A stretch of DNA of 64,000 nucleotides. Source: an uncultured Candidatus Rokubacteria bacterium (GTDB lineage: Bacteria > Methylomirabilota > Methylomirabilia > Rokubacteriales > CSP1-6). The stretch spans positions 96,001 through 160,000 of the forward strand of contig CAVXJS010000011.1 in the NCBI GenBank assembly GCA_963762145.1, given 5' to 3'. Position numbers and translations under genes: made by a program. Positions 1 to 12,030 of this stretch are shown one piece after another; within the stretch, counting starts at the first letter, position 1; each line of letters starts with the position of its first letter. The notes under the pieces were generated by a model. That model saw nothing but the letters and a program-made list of their open reading frames with translations. It did not search any database and was not told where the DNA came from.

Positions 1-1
1 G

Positions 2-718
2 CTCGGCGTCGCCCTGGAGGCGCTGTCGGTGCCGTTCGGCCAGGAGATCATCCTGATCGTCTCGGGCGTCCTCATCGTGATGCTGCTCCAGCGCGTCGGG
101 ATCTCCCGCGCGGTCGGGATCGCCGCCTTCGCCATCTTCTGCTTCCGGGCCGTGCCGTCCACCGGGCAGGGGTTCAGCTACTGGGCGATCGACCGGCTCG
201 GCTTCGATCAGGAATTCCTGGGCGTGCTCGCCCAGGTCGGCGCGGTGCTGAGCCTGGTCGGCCTCATCGTGTTCCGGAAGCCGATCACGCATCGCCCGGT
301 GAGCTACACGCTCTTCTGGGTGACGATCGCGGGGGCGGTGCTCTACCTGCCGACGATCGGGCTCTTCTACGGAGTCAACGAGTGGTTCGGGGTGAGCCCG
401 CGCACGTTCGCGTTCATCGACACCACGATCTCGGCGCCCCTGGGCCAGCTCAGCATGGTGCCCATGCTCGCGCTCATCGCGCGCACCGCGCCGCGCGGGG
501 CGGAGGCCACCATGTTCGCGATCATGGCCTCCCTCATGAACCTCGCGCTGTCCGCCAGCGAGCTCGGCACGCGCTACCTCAACACGTTCTTCGGCGTCAC
601 CCAGCAGGACTACTCGGGCCTGGGCCGGCTCCTGATCTGCGTGGGGGTGATCGGTCTGCTCCCGCTGCTCGCCCTGCCGCTCCTGCGGCGCGTCGAGGCG
701 GAGTCTGCGACGCCGTGA
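2..718 (+). CDS. BT1/folate-biopterin transporter family MFS protein (5'-partial)
   Basis: The frame is open to the window edge. Multiple TM helices and the motif APRGAEATMFAIMASLMNLA, typical of the BT1/FBT family. Confidence 0.7.
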   Translation, partial: LGVALEALSVPFGQEIILIVSGVLIVMLLQRVGISRAVGIAAFAIFCFRAVPSTGQGFSYWAIDRLGFDQEFLGVLAQVGAVLSLVGLIVFRKPITHRPVSYTLFWVTIAGAVLYLPTIGLFYGVNEWFGVSPRTFAFIDTTISAPLGQLSMVPMLALIARTAPRGAEATMFAIMASLMNLALSASELGTRYLNTFFGVTQQDYSGLGRLLICVGVIGLLPLLALPLLRRVEAESATP

Positions 719-734
719 TAGTGTGTCCCCCGTC

Positions 735-2034
735 ATGGCGGTGACCGCCCCCTCGCGCTCCCCCTGGGCCGGGCTGTTCCAGCCCGTCGAGCGGGACGAG
801 CGGCTATTCGCGGTGCTCCTGGCCTTCGTGATGGTGGGCGGTCTGGCCACCCTCGGCCTCGTCCCGCTGCGCCCGCGGTACCAGGTGGACGTCTACTCCC
901 TCGTCATCTGGTTCGGCCTCTACAAGGCGGGGATCCTCGCGCTGGTCAGCGCCAATCCGCGCGGAACGCGGCGGATCTTCATCGCCGCCCTCTGCATCGA
1001 TCTCCTCCTCGTCTTCCTCCTGCTGTTCCTCACCGGGGGCGGCGACAGCCCGTTCGTCAACCTCTTCTTCCCGCTCGTCGCGGTCAACGCCTACTACTTC
1101 GGCCGCTGGGTCGGCCTGTTCCTCACGATCGTGGCCGGGCTGCTCTACTGGGCCGCCGCCAGCCTGTCGCTGCCCGCTGCGACGTGGACCGCGGTGCTGA
1201 TCCTGATGGCCCTGGTCGGGCTCCCGGCCTTCGCGCTCGGTCACGTGGCCGACCGCGAGCGCCGCGCGCGCTCGGAGGTGGAGCGCCTGAACACGGAGCT
1301 GACCGGGACGCTCACCCGCCTGCGGGCCGCCCACGAGAGCCTGGTCGAGGCCGAGCGCATGGCCACGGTGGGACGGCTGTCGCTCAAGGTCGCGCACGAG
1401 GTGCGCAACCCCATCGCGGCCATCGGGCTCAACGCGGAGCTGCTGGGCGACATGGTGCAGGGGCGGGTGAGCGAGGACGGTACCGAGGCGACCGCGCTCG
1501 TCACCGCCATCCGCGACCAGGTGGGCGCCCTCGACGCGCTCACCGAGGAGTACCTGGCCTTCGCGCGGTTCCCGCGTCCGCAGTTCGAGGAGGATTCCGT
1601 CAACGACATGGTCAGCGCGGTCGCGGAGTTCGTCCGCCCGCTCGCCGCGCGCCAGGGGATCGCGGTCAAGGTGGCGACCGACCCGACCGTGCCGCCGATG
1701 GAGATCGACCGCACACTCCTTCGCCAGGCGGTGCTGAACCTGGTGAAGAACGGTATGGAGGCGGTCCCCCAGGGAGGGAACCTGACGCTCACCACCGCCT
1801 GCACCGGCGACACGGTGGAGATCGCGGTCTCGGACAGCGGCGCGGGTATCTCGCCCGAGGTCGGCCGGCGGCTGTTCGAGCAGTTCTTCACCACCAAGCC
1901 GCAGGGCACGGGCCTCGGCCTGGCGATCTCGCGCCAGATCGTCGAGGAGCACGGCGGCAAGATCCGCTGGCACAGCGAGCCCGGCGCGGGCGCGACCTTC
2001 ACCATGACCGTGCCGGTGCAGAAGGCGGCCGCCC

Positions 2035-2042
<8 letters not shown>
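735..2042 (+). CDS. Membrane sensor histidine kinase (NtrB-like)
   Basis: About 6 N-terminal TM helices; H-box AHEVRNP; N-box NLVKNG; DSGAG; FFTTKPQGTGLGL. ATG at 735, alternative GTG at 723. Confidence 0.93.
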
Positions 2043-3455
<1,413 letters not shown>

Positions 3456-3459
<4 letters not shown>

Positions 3460-4328
3460 GCCTCCGGACCTTCGAGGCGCTCCGCTACGACGTGGCGGAT
3501 GGCATCGCCACCGTCACCCTGAACCGGCCGGACAAGCTCAACGCCCTGAACACGGTGATGCTCGACGAGCTGCTCGCGGTGCTCGACGTGGCCGACGCGG
3601 ACGACGACGTCCGGGTCCTGATCGTCACCGGCGCGGGCCGCGCGTTCTGTGCGGGAGCGGATCTGTCCGGGGGCGCCCGGACCTTCGATCGGAGCGTCCG
3701 CGCGCGGGGCGAGGCGCCCGGGGAGCACCGTGATGGGGGCGGCCGCGTCACCCTGCGTATCTTCGACATGAAGAAGCCGCTGATCGCCGCGATCAACGGG
3801 CCCGCGGTGGGTTTCGGCGTCACCATGACGCTCCCGATGGACATCCGGATCGCGTCGACCGCGGCGCGGATCGGCTTCGTGTTCGCCCGCCGCGGCGTGG
3901 TCCCGGAGGCGGCCAGCACCTGGTTCCTGCCCCGGCTGGTCGGCCCGAGCCAGGCCGCGGAGTGGGTCTTCACCGGTCGCGTGTTTCCGGCCGAGGAAGC
4001 GCTCGCGGGGCGGCTCGTGAGCCGGGTGGTCGAGCCCGCGCTCCTGCTGCCGGTGGCCCGCGAGCTGGCGCTCGAGATCGCGCAGAACACCTCCGCGATC
4101 TCGGTGGCGCTCGCGCGGCAGATGATGTGGCGGCTGCTGGGCGCCGATCATCCGATGGAGGCGCATCGTCTGGACTCGCGCGGCATGGACTGGACGGGCC
4201 GCTCGGCCGACGCCCACGAGGGCGTGACGTCGTTCCTGGAGAAGCGCGCGCCGCGCTTCACGCAGCGGCCCAGCACGGACATGCCGCCCTTCTACCCCTG
4301 GTGGTCCGAGCGCCGCTTCGAGCCCTGA
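3456..4328 (+). CDS. Enoyl-CoA hydratase/isomerase (crotonase) family protein
   Basis: LNRPDKLNA, GRAFCAGADL, KPLIAAINGPAVGFG. GTG start overlaps the upstream TGA. The ORF-track N-terminal extension is spurious. Confidence 0.92.
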
Positions 4329-4341
4329 GCCGCCCTCGGCG

Positions 4342-5499
4342 GTGAGCGCGTCCTCGCTCTCGGGCACGGGGCTCCTGTGCCTGGTCGTCTTCGCCAGCAC
4401 GGTGTGCGTCGGCGCGTTCGGTCCGCTCTTGCCCGAGATCGCGCGGGCGCAGGGCCTCCCGGACTGGCAGCTCGGGATCCTGGCCGGCTCCTTCGGCTTC
4501 GCGCGGATGGCGGCGGATCTGCCGGCCGGCGCGCTCGCCACGCGCCACCTCGCGACCTCGCTCACGCTGGCTCCGATCACGCTGCTCGCGGGGATGCTGC
4601 TGCTCTCCACCGCGGGGCCATTCCCGGTCCTCGTGCTGGGTCGTCTCCTCACCGGGCTCGCGCATACGCTGGTGATGGTCGGCAGCTTGACCGCCGTGCT
4701 GCAGGATCGAGAGGGCCCGCGCGCTTCCATGCGCCTGAACACCCTCGAGTTCGCGGGCATGCTCGGCGTGCTCGGCGGGCTGACCATGGTCGGCCTGCTC
4801 CCCGAGCGCTGGCCCTGGAACCTGACCCTGCTGGCCGCCGCCGGACCGGTGGTGCTGTCGCTGGCCGGCACGCTCGCGCTGACCCGCACGTTCCGGCGTC
4901 ACCTCCCGCCCGCGCCGCCCGCCGCCCGGGCCGGAGCCAGGGCGGAGACGCCGGTGGCCGCCGGCGTGCCGCCGATCGTGCGGCTCATGTTCGCGCTCGG
5001 CGTGGTCATGGCGCTCGCCTGGTCCGCGGTGAGCCAGTTCGTGATCCCGCTCCGCGGGACGCGGGAGTTCGGGCTCGACCGCGCGGGGATCTCGGGTCTG
5101 CTCTCGCTGGCCCAGCTCGTGGATCTGATCGTGCTCCTGCCGGTGGGGTGGCTCGCCGACCGCATCGGCCGGCTGCCCGTGCTGACGGTGGTCGCGGTCA
5201 CCCTGGGCGTCGGGCTGTTCGCGGTGGGCCTCGGCTCGCTGCCGCTGCTGGTCGTCGGCTGCGCGCTCTTCGGGCTCGGGATGGCGGGCTGGATGCTGCC
5301 CCTCGGGGTCATCCGCGAGCACACGGACGTGGCCCGGCTCGGCTGGCGGACGGGCGTCTATCGCGTGGGCGTGGACGGAGCGATCTTCCTCGGCCCGCTG
5401 ATCTGCGGGGTGCTCGGAGAGACGCACACCCCGATCTTCATCGCGCTGCTGGGCTTGGCCGCATTCGCGATCGCGGTGAGGCTCGGGCGGGGGAGATAG
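4342..5499 (+). CDS. MFS transporter
   Basis: About 12 hydrophobic helices; motif-A-like GWLADRIGR. Confidence 0.85.
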   Translation: MSASSLSGTGLLCLVVFASTVCVGAFGPLLPEIARAQGLPDWQLGILAGSFGFARMAADLPAGALATRHLATSLTLAPITLLAGMLLLSTAGPFPVLVLGRLLTGLAHTLVMVGSLTAVLQDREGPRASMRLNTLEFAGMLGVLGGLTMVGLLPERWPWNLTLLAAAGPVVLSLAGTLALTRTFRRHLPPAPPAARAGARAETPVAAGVPPIVRLMFALGVVMALAWSAVSQFVIPLRGTREFGLDRAGISGLLSLAQLVDLIVLLPVGWLADRIGRLPVLTVVAVTLGVGLFAVGLGSLPLLVVGCALFGLGMAGWMLPLGVIREHTDVARLGWRTGVYRVGVDGAIFLGPLICGVLGETHTPIFIALLGLAAFAIAVRLGRGR

Positions 5500-5515
5500 G
5501 GCACCTGACCAGCCG

Positions 5516-5550
5516 CCCCTCACCCTGCCCTCTCCCCTCTGGGGAGAGGG
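5516..5550 (+). repeat. REP-like palindromic element, copy 1
   Basis: CCCCTCACCCTG-CCCTCTCCCC-TCT-GGGGAGAGGG, a perfect 10-bp stem between convergent genes. A related inverted copy lies at 21824-21858. Confidence 0.75.
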
Positions 5551-5574
5551 GAAAGGGAGAGGAAAGTGACTGCG

Positions 5575-5763
5575 TCAGGCTTTGAACGCGATCTTCTTGT
5601 GGTTGCCGTCGCAGTACGGCTTGTTGGCCGAGCCGCCGCAGCGGCAGAGGAAGATGGTGTCGCCGCCCTTGCCGGCGATGGCGTTGCCTTGGCCGTCCTG
5701 CATCTCGCATTCGCCCTTCACCATCAGGGGGCCGTCGGTAATAACCTTCACGGTCACGGGCAT
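5575..5763 (-). CDS. CDGSH iron-sulfur domain protein
   Basis: LCRCGGSANKPYCDGNH matches the CDGSH [2Fe-2S] signature. N-terminal DGPLMVKG motif. Confidence 0.92.
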   Translation of the reverse strand: MPVTVKVITDGPLMVKGECEMQDGQGNAIAGKGGDTIFLCRCGGSANKPYCDGNHKKIAFKA

Positions 5764-5818
5764 CGTTTCACCTCATCGTCATGATCGAGCTACCGCGGGG
5801 CGAGTATACTCCAACGAC

Positions 5819-6394
5819 ATGGCCGCTCCGCTTCCCGGCATGACCGATCGGCTCCTCGACGCGATGGCCGGTTCCGCCGCGCGACGGTACGGGACCGAGC
5901 GCGTCTCCGAGCTGACGCATGCGCTCCAGTGCGCCGAGCTGGCGCGGGAGGCGGGAGCGGACGAGGAGCTGACGCTGGCGTGCCTGCTCCACGACGTGGG
6001 CCGCTTCGCGGTCGACCAGGCGCTCATCTTCGACCGGGTGGGCGGCGGGCGGGCGGGAGGCAACGCCCGCGGCCATCATGAAGTCGGGGCCGACCTCATC
6101 GCGCCCTACGTGCCGGAGCGGGTGACCTGGCTCGTACGCATGCACGCCGACGCCAAGCGCTACCTCTGCTCCACCGAGCCCGGCTATCACGCCACCCTGT
6201 CGCCGGCTTCCCAGCACACGATGACGCTGCAGGGCGGCCTGATGAGCCCGGACGAGGTGGCGCGCCACGCGGCCCATCCCTGGCTCGGTGACGCGCTCCG
6301 CCTGCGGCGCTGGGACGATCTGGCCAAGGTGGTGGGCAAGGTCACCGCGCCGCTCGCGGCCTGGGAGCCGCTGCTCCGGTCCTACTTCCGGTGA
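5819..6394 (+). CDS. HD-domain diiron oxygenase, PhnZ/TmpB-like
   Basis: THALQCA, LLHDVG, HHEVGA, HADAKRYL, LSPAS..T..LQGG, LRRWDD.AK. Confidence 0.8.
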   Translation: MAAPLPGMTDRLLDAMAGSAARRYGTERVSELTHALQCAELAREAGADEELTLACLLHDVGRFAVDQALIFDRVGGGRAGGNARGHHEVGADLIAPYVPERVTWLVRMHADAKRYLCSTEPGYHATLSPASQHTMTLQGGLMSPDEVARHAAHPWLGDALRLRRWDDLAKVVGKVTAPLAAWEPLLRSYFR

Positions 6395-6870
6395 TCCACG
6401 ACCCGGCCCTGCCGCCGCCCTTCGCGGAGCGGTTCGCTCCGCTGGACGAGATCAAGTTCAGCGGCCCGCGCTCGAGCTTTCACAACTGCTTCGGCTGCGG
6501 GCCCCGTCACGACATCGGCCTCCGCGTCCGGACCTTCAGCGGAGACGGCGAGGTGCTCTCGCCCATCCTGATCCCGCGCCGCTTCGAGGGGCCGCCCGGC
6601 TCCGCCCACGGTGGCATCGTGGCCGCTTATCTCGACGAGGTGCTGGCCGGCGCGGCGGTGAACCACACCGGGCGCCTCTACGTGACGGGAGAGCTGGCGG
6701 TGCGCTACGTGAAGGGCACGCCGATCGAGCGCCCGCTGCTCGGCCGGGGCCGCGCGGTGCTCGACTCCGGCAAGTACCTCGACCTCGAGGCCACCATCGA
6801 GGACTGGGAGACCAGCGAGGTGGTCGCGAAGGCCACCGGCCGTTTCTTCCCGGTCAAGGACGGGTCCTAG
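6391..6870 (+). CDS. PaaI family thioesterase (hotdog fold)
   Basis: CFGCG, GPPGSAHGGIVAAYLDE. GTGA overlap with the upstream gene. Confidence 0.87.
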   Translation: MIHDPALPPPFAERFAPLDEIKFSGPRSSFHNCFGCGPRHDIGLRVRTFSGDGEVLSPILIPRRFEGPPGSAHGGIVAAYLDEVLAGAAVNHTGRLYVTGELAVRYVKGTPIERPLLGRGRAVLDSGKYLDLEATIEDWETSEVVAKATGRFFPVKDGS

Positions 6871-7790
6871 TCGGCGCGCTTGAACTTCTGGAACGAGCGC
6901 ATCTCCCGCGGCGGCTTGAGGAACTGCCCGTAGCCGGTGTAGGAGACCTCGCCCACGTAGACGTCTCCGCGCGAGTCCACCACGAGCCCGTGGGGCGCGA
7001 TGAACTCACCCGGCTTCTCGCTCGCGAACTGGCCGCCGAAGCGCGCCACCCGCTGGCCCTTGGCGTCGAGCACGCTGACCCGCGGGCCCAGGTTCGGCGT
7101 CTTCTCGGTGACCGGCATGCCGGAGCCGAGCTCGCCCACGAAGAAGTGCCCGCTGGCGCGTTCCACGAAGAGCCCGCAGGGGCGGTGGAGGTTGTTCCAC
7201 GTGCCCTGGTGCTGGCCCTTGCCGTCGAAGATCTGTACCCGGTGGTTCTCGCGGTCGGCCACGTAGACGAGGCCGTCGCGATCGGTGACGAGGTTGTGGG
7301 GCAGGTTGAACTGGCCGGGATCGGTGCCCGGCTCGCCCCACGACATGACGTGCGCGCCGTCGGGCGCGTACTTGTGCACCCGCGAGTTGCCGTAGCCGTC
7401 GGAGACGAAGAGGTAGCCGCTCTTCGGGCAAATCGCCACGTGGGTGGGCCGGTTGAACGGCTTGCCGCCCTGCAGCTCCGCGGCCTTGTCGGGATCGCCG
7501 ATGGTGAGCAGCAGCTTGCCCTCCGGCGTGAACTTGCGCACGGTGTGGTGGAGATCGTCGGTGAGCCACACCATGTCGTCGGCGTCGATGGTGATGCCGT
7601 GGGCGCGGCGGACCACGCCCTCGCCCCACGAGCGGAGGAACTTGCCGTCGCGGTCGAACACGATGACGGGGTGCTCGCTGCGAGTGAAGCAGAACACCCG
7701 GTCCTGCTTGTCCACCGCGGCGCCCGCCACTTCCTGGTAGCGCCAGCCGTCCGGCAGCCTGCCCCAGCCCTCGATGACCGAGAATTTCAT
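6867..7790 (-). CDS. NHL-repeat beta-propeller (peptidyl-alpha-hydroxyglycine lyase-like)
   Basis: Repeated FNRPT/FNLPH/FIAPH, SDGYGNSRV, VADRENHR. Start ATG at 7790 (MKFSVIEG) overlaps the SDR stop. Confidence 0.88.
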   Translation of the reverse strand: MKFSVIEGWGRLPDGWRYQEVAGAAVDKQDRVFCFTRSEHPVIVFDRDGKFLRSWGEGVVRRAHGITIDADDMVWLTDDLHHTVRKFTPEGKLLLTIGDPDKAAELQGGKPFNRPTHVAICPKSGYLFVSDGYGNSRVHKYAPDGAHVMSWGEPGTDPGQFNLPHNLVTDRDGLVYVADRENHRVQIFDGKGQHQGTWNNLHRPCGLFVERASGHFFVGELGSGMPVTEKTPNLGPRVSVLDAKGQRVARFGGQFASEKPGEFIAPHGLVVDSRGDVYVGEVSYTGYGQFLKPPREMRSFQKFKRAD

Positions 7791-8599
7791 TTCGACTCCT
7801 CGATGGCCTGGGCCATGCGCTCGAAGCGGCGCTTGAGCGGAGTCAGCCCTTCCTCGTGGGTGATGACGTAGAGACGGTTGGCGTAGATGGCGCGCAGCAC
7901 CCGCTCCGCCACGTGCTCGGGGGGGAGGTAGCGGCCGATCAGCTCGACCGCGCCGCCCTCGCGCGCGGTCGTCGCGTTGCGGAGCGCGGTGGGGCGGTTC
8001 CGGTCGCTCTGCCGGATCTGGGTGTGCACGCCCATGGGACAGAGGACGGAGACGCCGATGCCGTAGCCGCGCAGGTCCTTCTGGAGCGTCTCGGAGAGGC
8101 CGACCACCGCGTACTTGGTGGTGTTGTAGATGCCGAGCCCCTGCGAGGCGATGAGGCCGGCCATGGACGCGGTGTTCACCACGTGTCCGGGCTGCTTCTG
8201 GGCCACCATGCGCGGGACGAAGGCCTCCACCCCGTGAATGACGCCCCAGAGATTGACGCCCATCGCCCACTCCCAGTCCTTGTGAGTGACCGCCTCGAGG
8301 CCGCCCCAGAGGGCGACGCCCGCGTTGTTGCAGACCACGTGAACCGCGCCGAACTCGCTGAAGGCGCGCTCGGCGAGGGCGTGCACGTCGGTGAGGCGGC
8401 TGACGTCCGTCTTCACGGCCAGGGCCCGCCGTCCCGCCTGCGTCACGCCGGCCACCGTCTCGGCCATGCCGGTCTCGTCGAGGTCGGCCACCACCACGTT
8501 GGCGCCCTCGCGGGCGAAGAGCAGCGAGAGCGCGCGTCCGATTCCGCTGGCGCCGCCGGTGACCACCGCGGTGCGGCCTTGCAGGCTGGTGAGAGGCAC
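7787..8599 (-). CDS. Short-chain dehydrogenase/reductase
   Basis: TGGASGIG, NNAG, catalytic S and YNTTK. Confidence 0.95.
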   Translation of the reverse strand: MPLTSLQGRTAVVTGGASGIGRALSLLFAREGANVVVADLDETGMAETVAGVTQAGRRALAVKTDVSRLTDVHALAERAFSEFGAVHVVCNNAGVALWGGLEAVTHKDWEWAMGVNLWGVIHGVEAFVPRMVAQKQPGHVVNTASMAGLIASQGLGIYNTTKYAVVGLSETLQKDLRGYGIGVSVLCPMGVHTQIRQSDRNRPTALRNATTAREGGAVELIGRYLPPEHVAERVLRAIYANRLYVITHEEGLTPLKRRFERMAQAIEESK

Positions 8600-8682
8600 G
8601 TCGCCGAGTGTCGCGCTCCCCTCCGCTCGCTGTCAACCCTCGTTTGCCGCCGGCGCCGGGGGGTCGGGTAGGATGAGCATCC

Positions 8683-9441
8683 ATGGACGAGCGGACGATC
8701 GTGATCGAGCGGCGGTTCCGGGGGCCGGACGTGGGCGGAGGGACGGGCAACGGCGGTTACGTGTGCGGGCTCGTGGCGCTGGCCGCGGGGCCGGGGGCTC
8801 GCGGCGTCGAGATCAGGCGGGCGACCGGCGTGCCGCTCGACCGGCCGCTCGTGGTGCGCGTCGGCGGGCGGGACGCGGTGCTGTCCGATGACGAGGGGGT
8901 GATCGCCCACACGACCGCGGCGGATCTGGCGGTCACGGTGCCCGCGCCGCCGCCCCTCGACCTCGCCCGCCAGGCGTCGGGCCGCTTCCTCGAGCGGCTG
9001 GAGAGCGGGAAGGTCGTGCATACGTTTCCGGAGTGTTTCGTGTGCGGCCACCGGCGGGCGCCGGGGGATGGGCTGAGGCTCTTCGCGGGGCCGCTCGACG
9101 GCGGGGCGGGCGACAAGGCCGGCGAGCGGGTGGCGGCCTGGCGCCCGGCCGCCGCGTTTCTCGACGACGCCGGTCACCTGCGCCCGGAGTTCGTGTGGGC
9201 GGCGCTGGATTGCCCGGGAGGCTGGGCGATCGCGGGGCCGGCCAATACCGGGACGCTGCAGGTGGAGATCCTCGGGCCGGTGAATGGGCGCCAGGAGCTG
9301 ATCGTGACCGGCTGGCCCATCGCCGCCGACTCCGCTCGGCCCGGGAGCCGGCGGCGGTACGCGGGAACCGCGCTGTTCGACGCGCGGGGCCGGCTGCGGG
9401 CGCGGGGCGCCGCGATCTGGGTGGCCCCGCGCACCGCCTAG
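8683..9441 (+). CDS. Double-hotdog thioesterase-like hypothetical protein
   Basis: RFRGP..GNGGYVCG, FPECFVCG, WAALDCPG. Confidence 0.6.
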   Translation: MDERTIVIERRFRGPDVGGGTGNGGYVCGLVALAAGPGARGVEIRRATGVPLDRPLVVRVGGRDAVLSDDEGVIAHTTAADLAVTVPAPPPLDLARQASGRFLERLESGKVVHTFPECFVCGHRRAPGDGLRLFAGPLDGGAGDKAGERVAAWRPAAAFLDDAGHLRPEFVWAALDCPGGWAIAGPANTGTLQVEILGPVNGRQELIVTGWPIAADSARPGSRRRYAGTALFDARGRLRARGAAIWVAPRTA

Positions 9442-9459
9442 CGGTGGTATTCTTCGCGA

Positions 9460-12021
9460 ATGGATTATCGTCTCCCGACCACCGTGGTGCCCTCGCGGTA
9501 CGACATCCGGCTCGAGCCCGACCTCGAGGCGGCCACGTTCGCGGGCGAGGAGACGGTTGCGATCACGGTGACGGAGCCGGTGACCGAGATCGCGCTCAAC
9601 GCGGCCGAGCTCTCCATCCAGTCGGTGAGCGTGGTCACCGCCGACGGAATGACGGTCGAGGGAAGCGCGACGCTCGACGAGGCGGCGGAGCGCGCACGCC
9701 TGCTCTTCCCGTCGGCGATCCCGCCCGGCGAGCACCGGCTGACCCTGCGTTTCACCGGCATCCTGAACGACCGCCTGCACGGCTTCTACCGCAGCACCTA
9801 CAAGGACGCCGCGGGCGCCTCCCACGTGATCGCGGCCACCCAGTTCGAGGCCACCGACGCGCGGCGCGGGTTCCCGTGCTGGGACGAGCCCGCGCTCAAG
9901 GCGGTGTTCGGCGCGACCCTGGTGGTTCCGGAGCGGCTCGCCGCGATCTCGAACACGCGGGTGGTCAGCGAGACGCCCACCGGCACCGGGAAGAAGACGG
10001 TGGTCTTCGCCGACAGCATCCGGATGTCCACCTACCTCGTCGCCTTCGTGGTGGGCGAGCTCGAGGCGACGCCGCCGGTGATGGTCGGCCCGACGCCGCT
10101 GCGGGTGTGGTGCGTGCCGGGCAAGCTCCATCTGACCCGCTTCGCGCTCGAGATCGGCGCGTTCTCGCTCGAGTACTTCGAGCGCTACTACGGGATGCCC
10201 TATCCGGGTGACAAGCTCGACATGCTCGCGATCCCCGACTTCGCGGCGGGAGCCATGGAGAACCTGGGTGCGATCACCTACCGCGAGACCGCGCTCCTGG
10301 TGGACGAGACCGCCGCGTCGCACACCGAGCGCGAGCGCGTGGCGGACGTGGTGGCCCACGAGGTCGCCCACATGTGGTTCGGCGATCTCGTCACCATGCT
10401 CTGGTGGAACGGGATCTGGCTGAACGAGGCCTTCGCCACCTTCATGGAGCTCCTGGCGGTGGACGCCTGGAAGCCCGAGTGGAATCGGTGGACGACGTTC
10501 GGGGTGTCCCGGGCCGCCGCGATGGGCGTGGACGGCCTGCACAACACCCGGCCCATCGAGTTCGAGGTGCGGGCGCCGCGCGACTGCGAGGCGATGTTCG
10601 ACCTCCTGACCTACGAGAAGGGCGGCTCGGTCCTGCGCATGCTCGAGCAGTATCTGAGCGGTGAGGTCTTCCGGGACGGCGTACGCCTCTACCTCGAGCG
10701 GCATCGCTTCGGCAACGCGGAGACCACCGATCTGTGGAAGGCCCTCGGCGACGCCTCGCACCTGCCGATCCCGGAGGTCATGAACGCGTGGATCTTCCGG
10801 CCCGGCTACCCGCTGGTGAGCGTCGAGCCCGAGGGCGTCGGGGTCAAGCTGAGCCAGCGCCGGTTCACGTACCTGCCCGGCGAGGGCGCGGCCGCCGAGC
10901 GCTGGCAGATCCCGCTGCGGCTGCGCGCCTCGGTGAAGCGCGGCTTCGTGGACAAGCCGATCCTGCTCGGCAACGAGGATCTGTCGGTGCCGCTGCCCGC
11001 GTCCCCGGACTGGGTGGTGGCCAACGCGGGCGGGCACGGCTTCTATCGCGTGCAGTACGCGCCGCCGCTGCTCAAGAAGCTCACCGGGGCGCTCAAAAAG
11101 CTCGCGCCCATCGAGCGCTTCAACCTGGTGAGCGACGCCTTCGCCCTGACCCAGGCCGCGATGATGCCGTCGGCGGACTACCTCGACCTCACCGCGCGCT
11201 TCGTCGAGGAGACCGACCGCAACGTGTGGACCGCGCTGATCGGCTCGCTCGGCTACGTGAACCGGCTCATCGCGGACGAGTCGCGCCCGCATCTCGAGGG
11301 ACTGGTGCGACAGCGGGTCGAGGCGCCGGTGGAGCGGCTCGGCTGGGAGGCCCAGCCCGAGGAGGACGAGCTGGAGCGCCAGCTACGGGGCGACATGCTC
11401 CGCGCCCTCGGCACCCTCGGCAACGACCCGGCCACCCAGGATCGCGCCCGCTCGCTCTACGCGCGCTATCGCGAGGACGAGTCGGCGGTGGACGCCAACG
11501 TGCTGCCCGCCCTCATCGCGATCGTGGCCGCCGCGGGCGGGGAGACCGAGTACGACGACTTCCTCCAGCGCTTCAAGGCCGCGCGCACGCCGCAGGAGGA
11601 GCAGCGCTACCTCTACGCGCTCGCCGGGTTCCGGCCGCCCGACCTGGTGCGGCGCACGCTCGAGAAGACCACCAACGGCGAGGTGCGTAGCCAGGACGCG
11701 CCGTTCCTGATGCGGGCGTTGCTGGGGGGCGTGCACAGCCGCGGGCTCGCGTGGGACTACCTCAAGGCGAACTGGCAGACGATGGCCCGACAGTATCCCG
11801 GCAGCGCCTATCGCCGGATGTACGAGGGCGTGACCGCGCTCGTCAACCCGGAGTGGGAGCAGGACGTGAAGGCCTTCTTCGAGACGAACCAGATCGTGCT
11901 CGGCGGCAAGACGCTCGAGCAGTACCTCGAGCAGCTCCGCATCGCGGTGCGGCTGCAGGAGCGCGAGACGGCCGCCCTGGCCGCCTACCTGGCGAAGCCG
12001 CCTCGTCCCCCGCGCCGCTAG
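9460..12021 (+). CDS. pepN: M1 family aminopeptidase (puromycin-sensitive/PepN type)
   Basis: TQFEATDARR, GAMEN, HEVAH-x18-E (WLNEAF), YEKG, ERAP1-like C-terminus. Confidence 0.95.
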   Translation: MDYRLPTTVVPSRYDIRLEPDLEAATFAGEETVAITVTEPVTEIALNAAELSIQSVSVVTADGMTVEGSATLDEAAERARLLFPSAIPPGEHRLTLRFTGILNDRLHGFYRSTYKDAAGASHVIAATQFEATDARRGFPCWDEPALKAVFGATLVVPERLAAISNTRVVSETPTGTGKKTVVFADSIRMSTYLVAFVVGELEATPPVMVGPTPLRVWCVPGKLHLTRFALEIGAFSLEYFERYYGMPYPGDKLDMLAIPDFAAGAMENLGAITYRETALLVDETAASHTERERVADVVAHEVAHMWFGDLVTMLWWNGIWLNEAFATFMELLAVDAWKPEWNRWTTFGVSRAAAMGVDGLHNTRPIEFEVRAPRDCEAMFDLLTYEKGGSVLRMLEQYLSGEVFRDGVRLYLERHRFGNAETTDLWKALGDASHLPIPEVMNAWIFRPGYPLVSVEPEGVGVKLSQRRFTYLPGEGAAAERWQIPLRLRASVKRGFVDKPILLGNEDLSVPLPASPDWVVANAGGHGFYRVQYAPPLLKKLTGALKKLAPIERFNLVSDAFALTQAAMMPSADYLDLTARFVEETDRNVWTALIGSLGYVNRLIADESRPHLEGLVRQRVEAPVERLGWEAQPEEDELERQLRGDMLRALGTLGNDPATQDRARSLYARYREDESAVDANVLPALIAIVAAAGGETEYDDFLQRFKAARTPQEEQRYLYALAGFRPPDLVRRTLEKTTNGEVRSQDAPFLMRALLGGVHSRGLAWDYLKANWQTMARQYPGSAYRRMYEGVTALVNPEWEQDVKAFFETNQIVLGGKTLEQYLEQLRIAVRLQERETAALAAYLAKPPRPPRR

Positions 12022-12030
12022 CGGGTCGGG

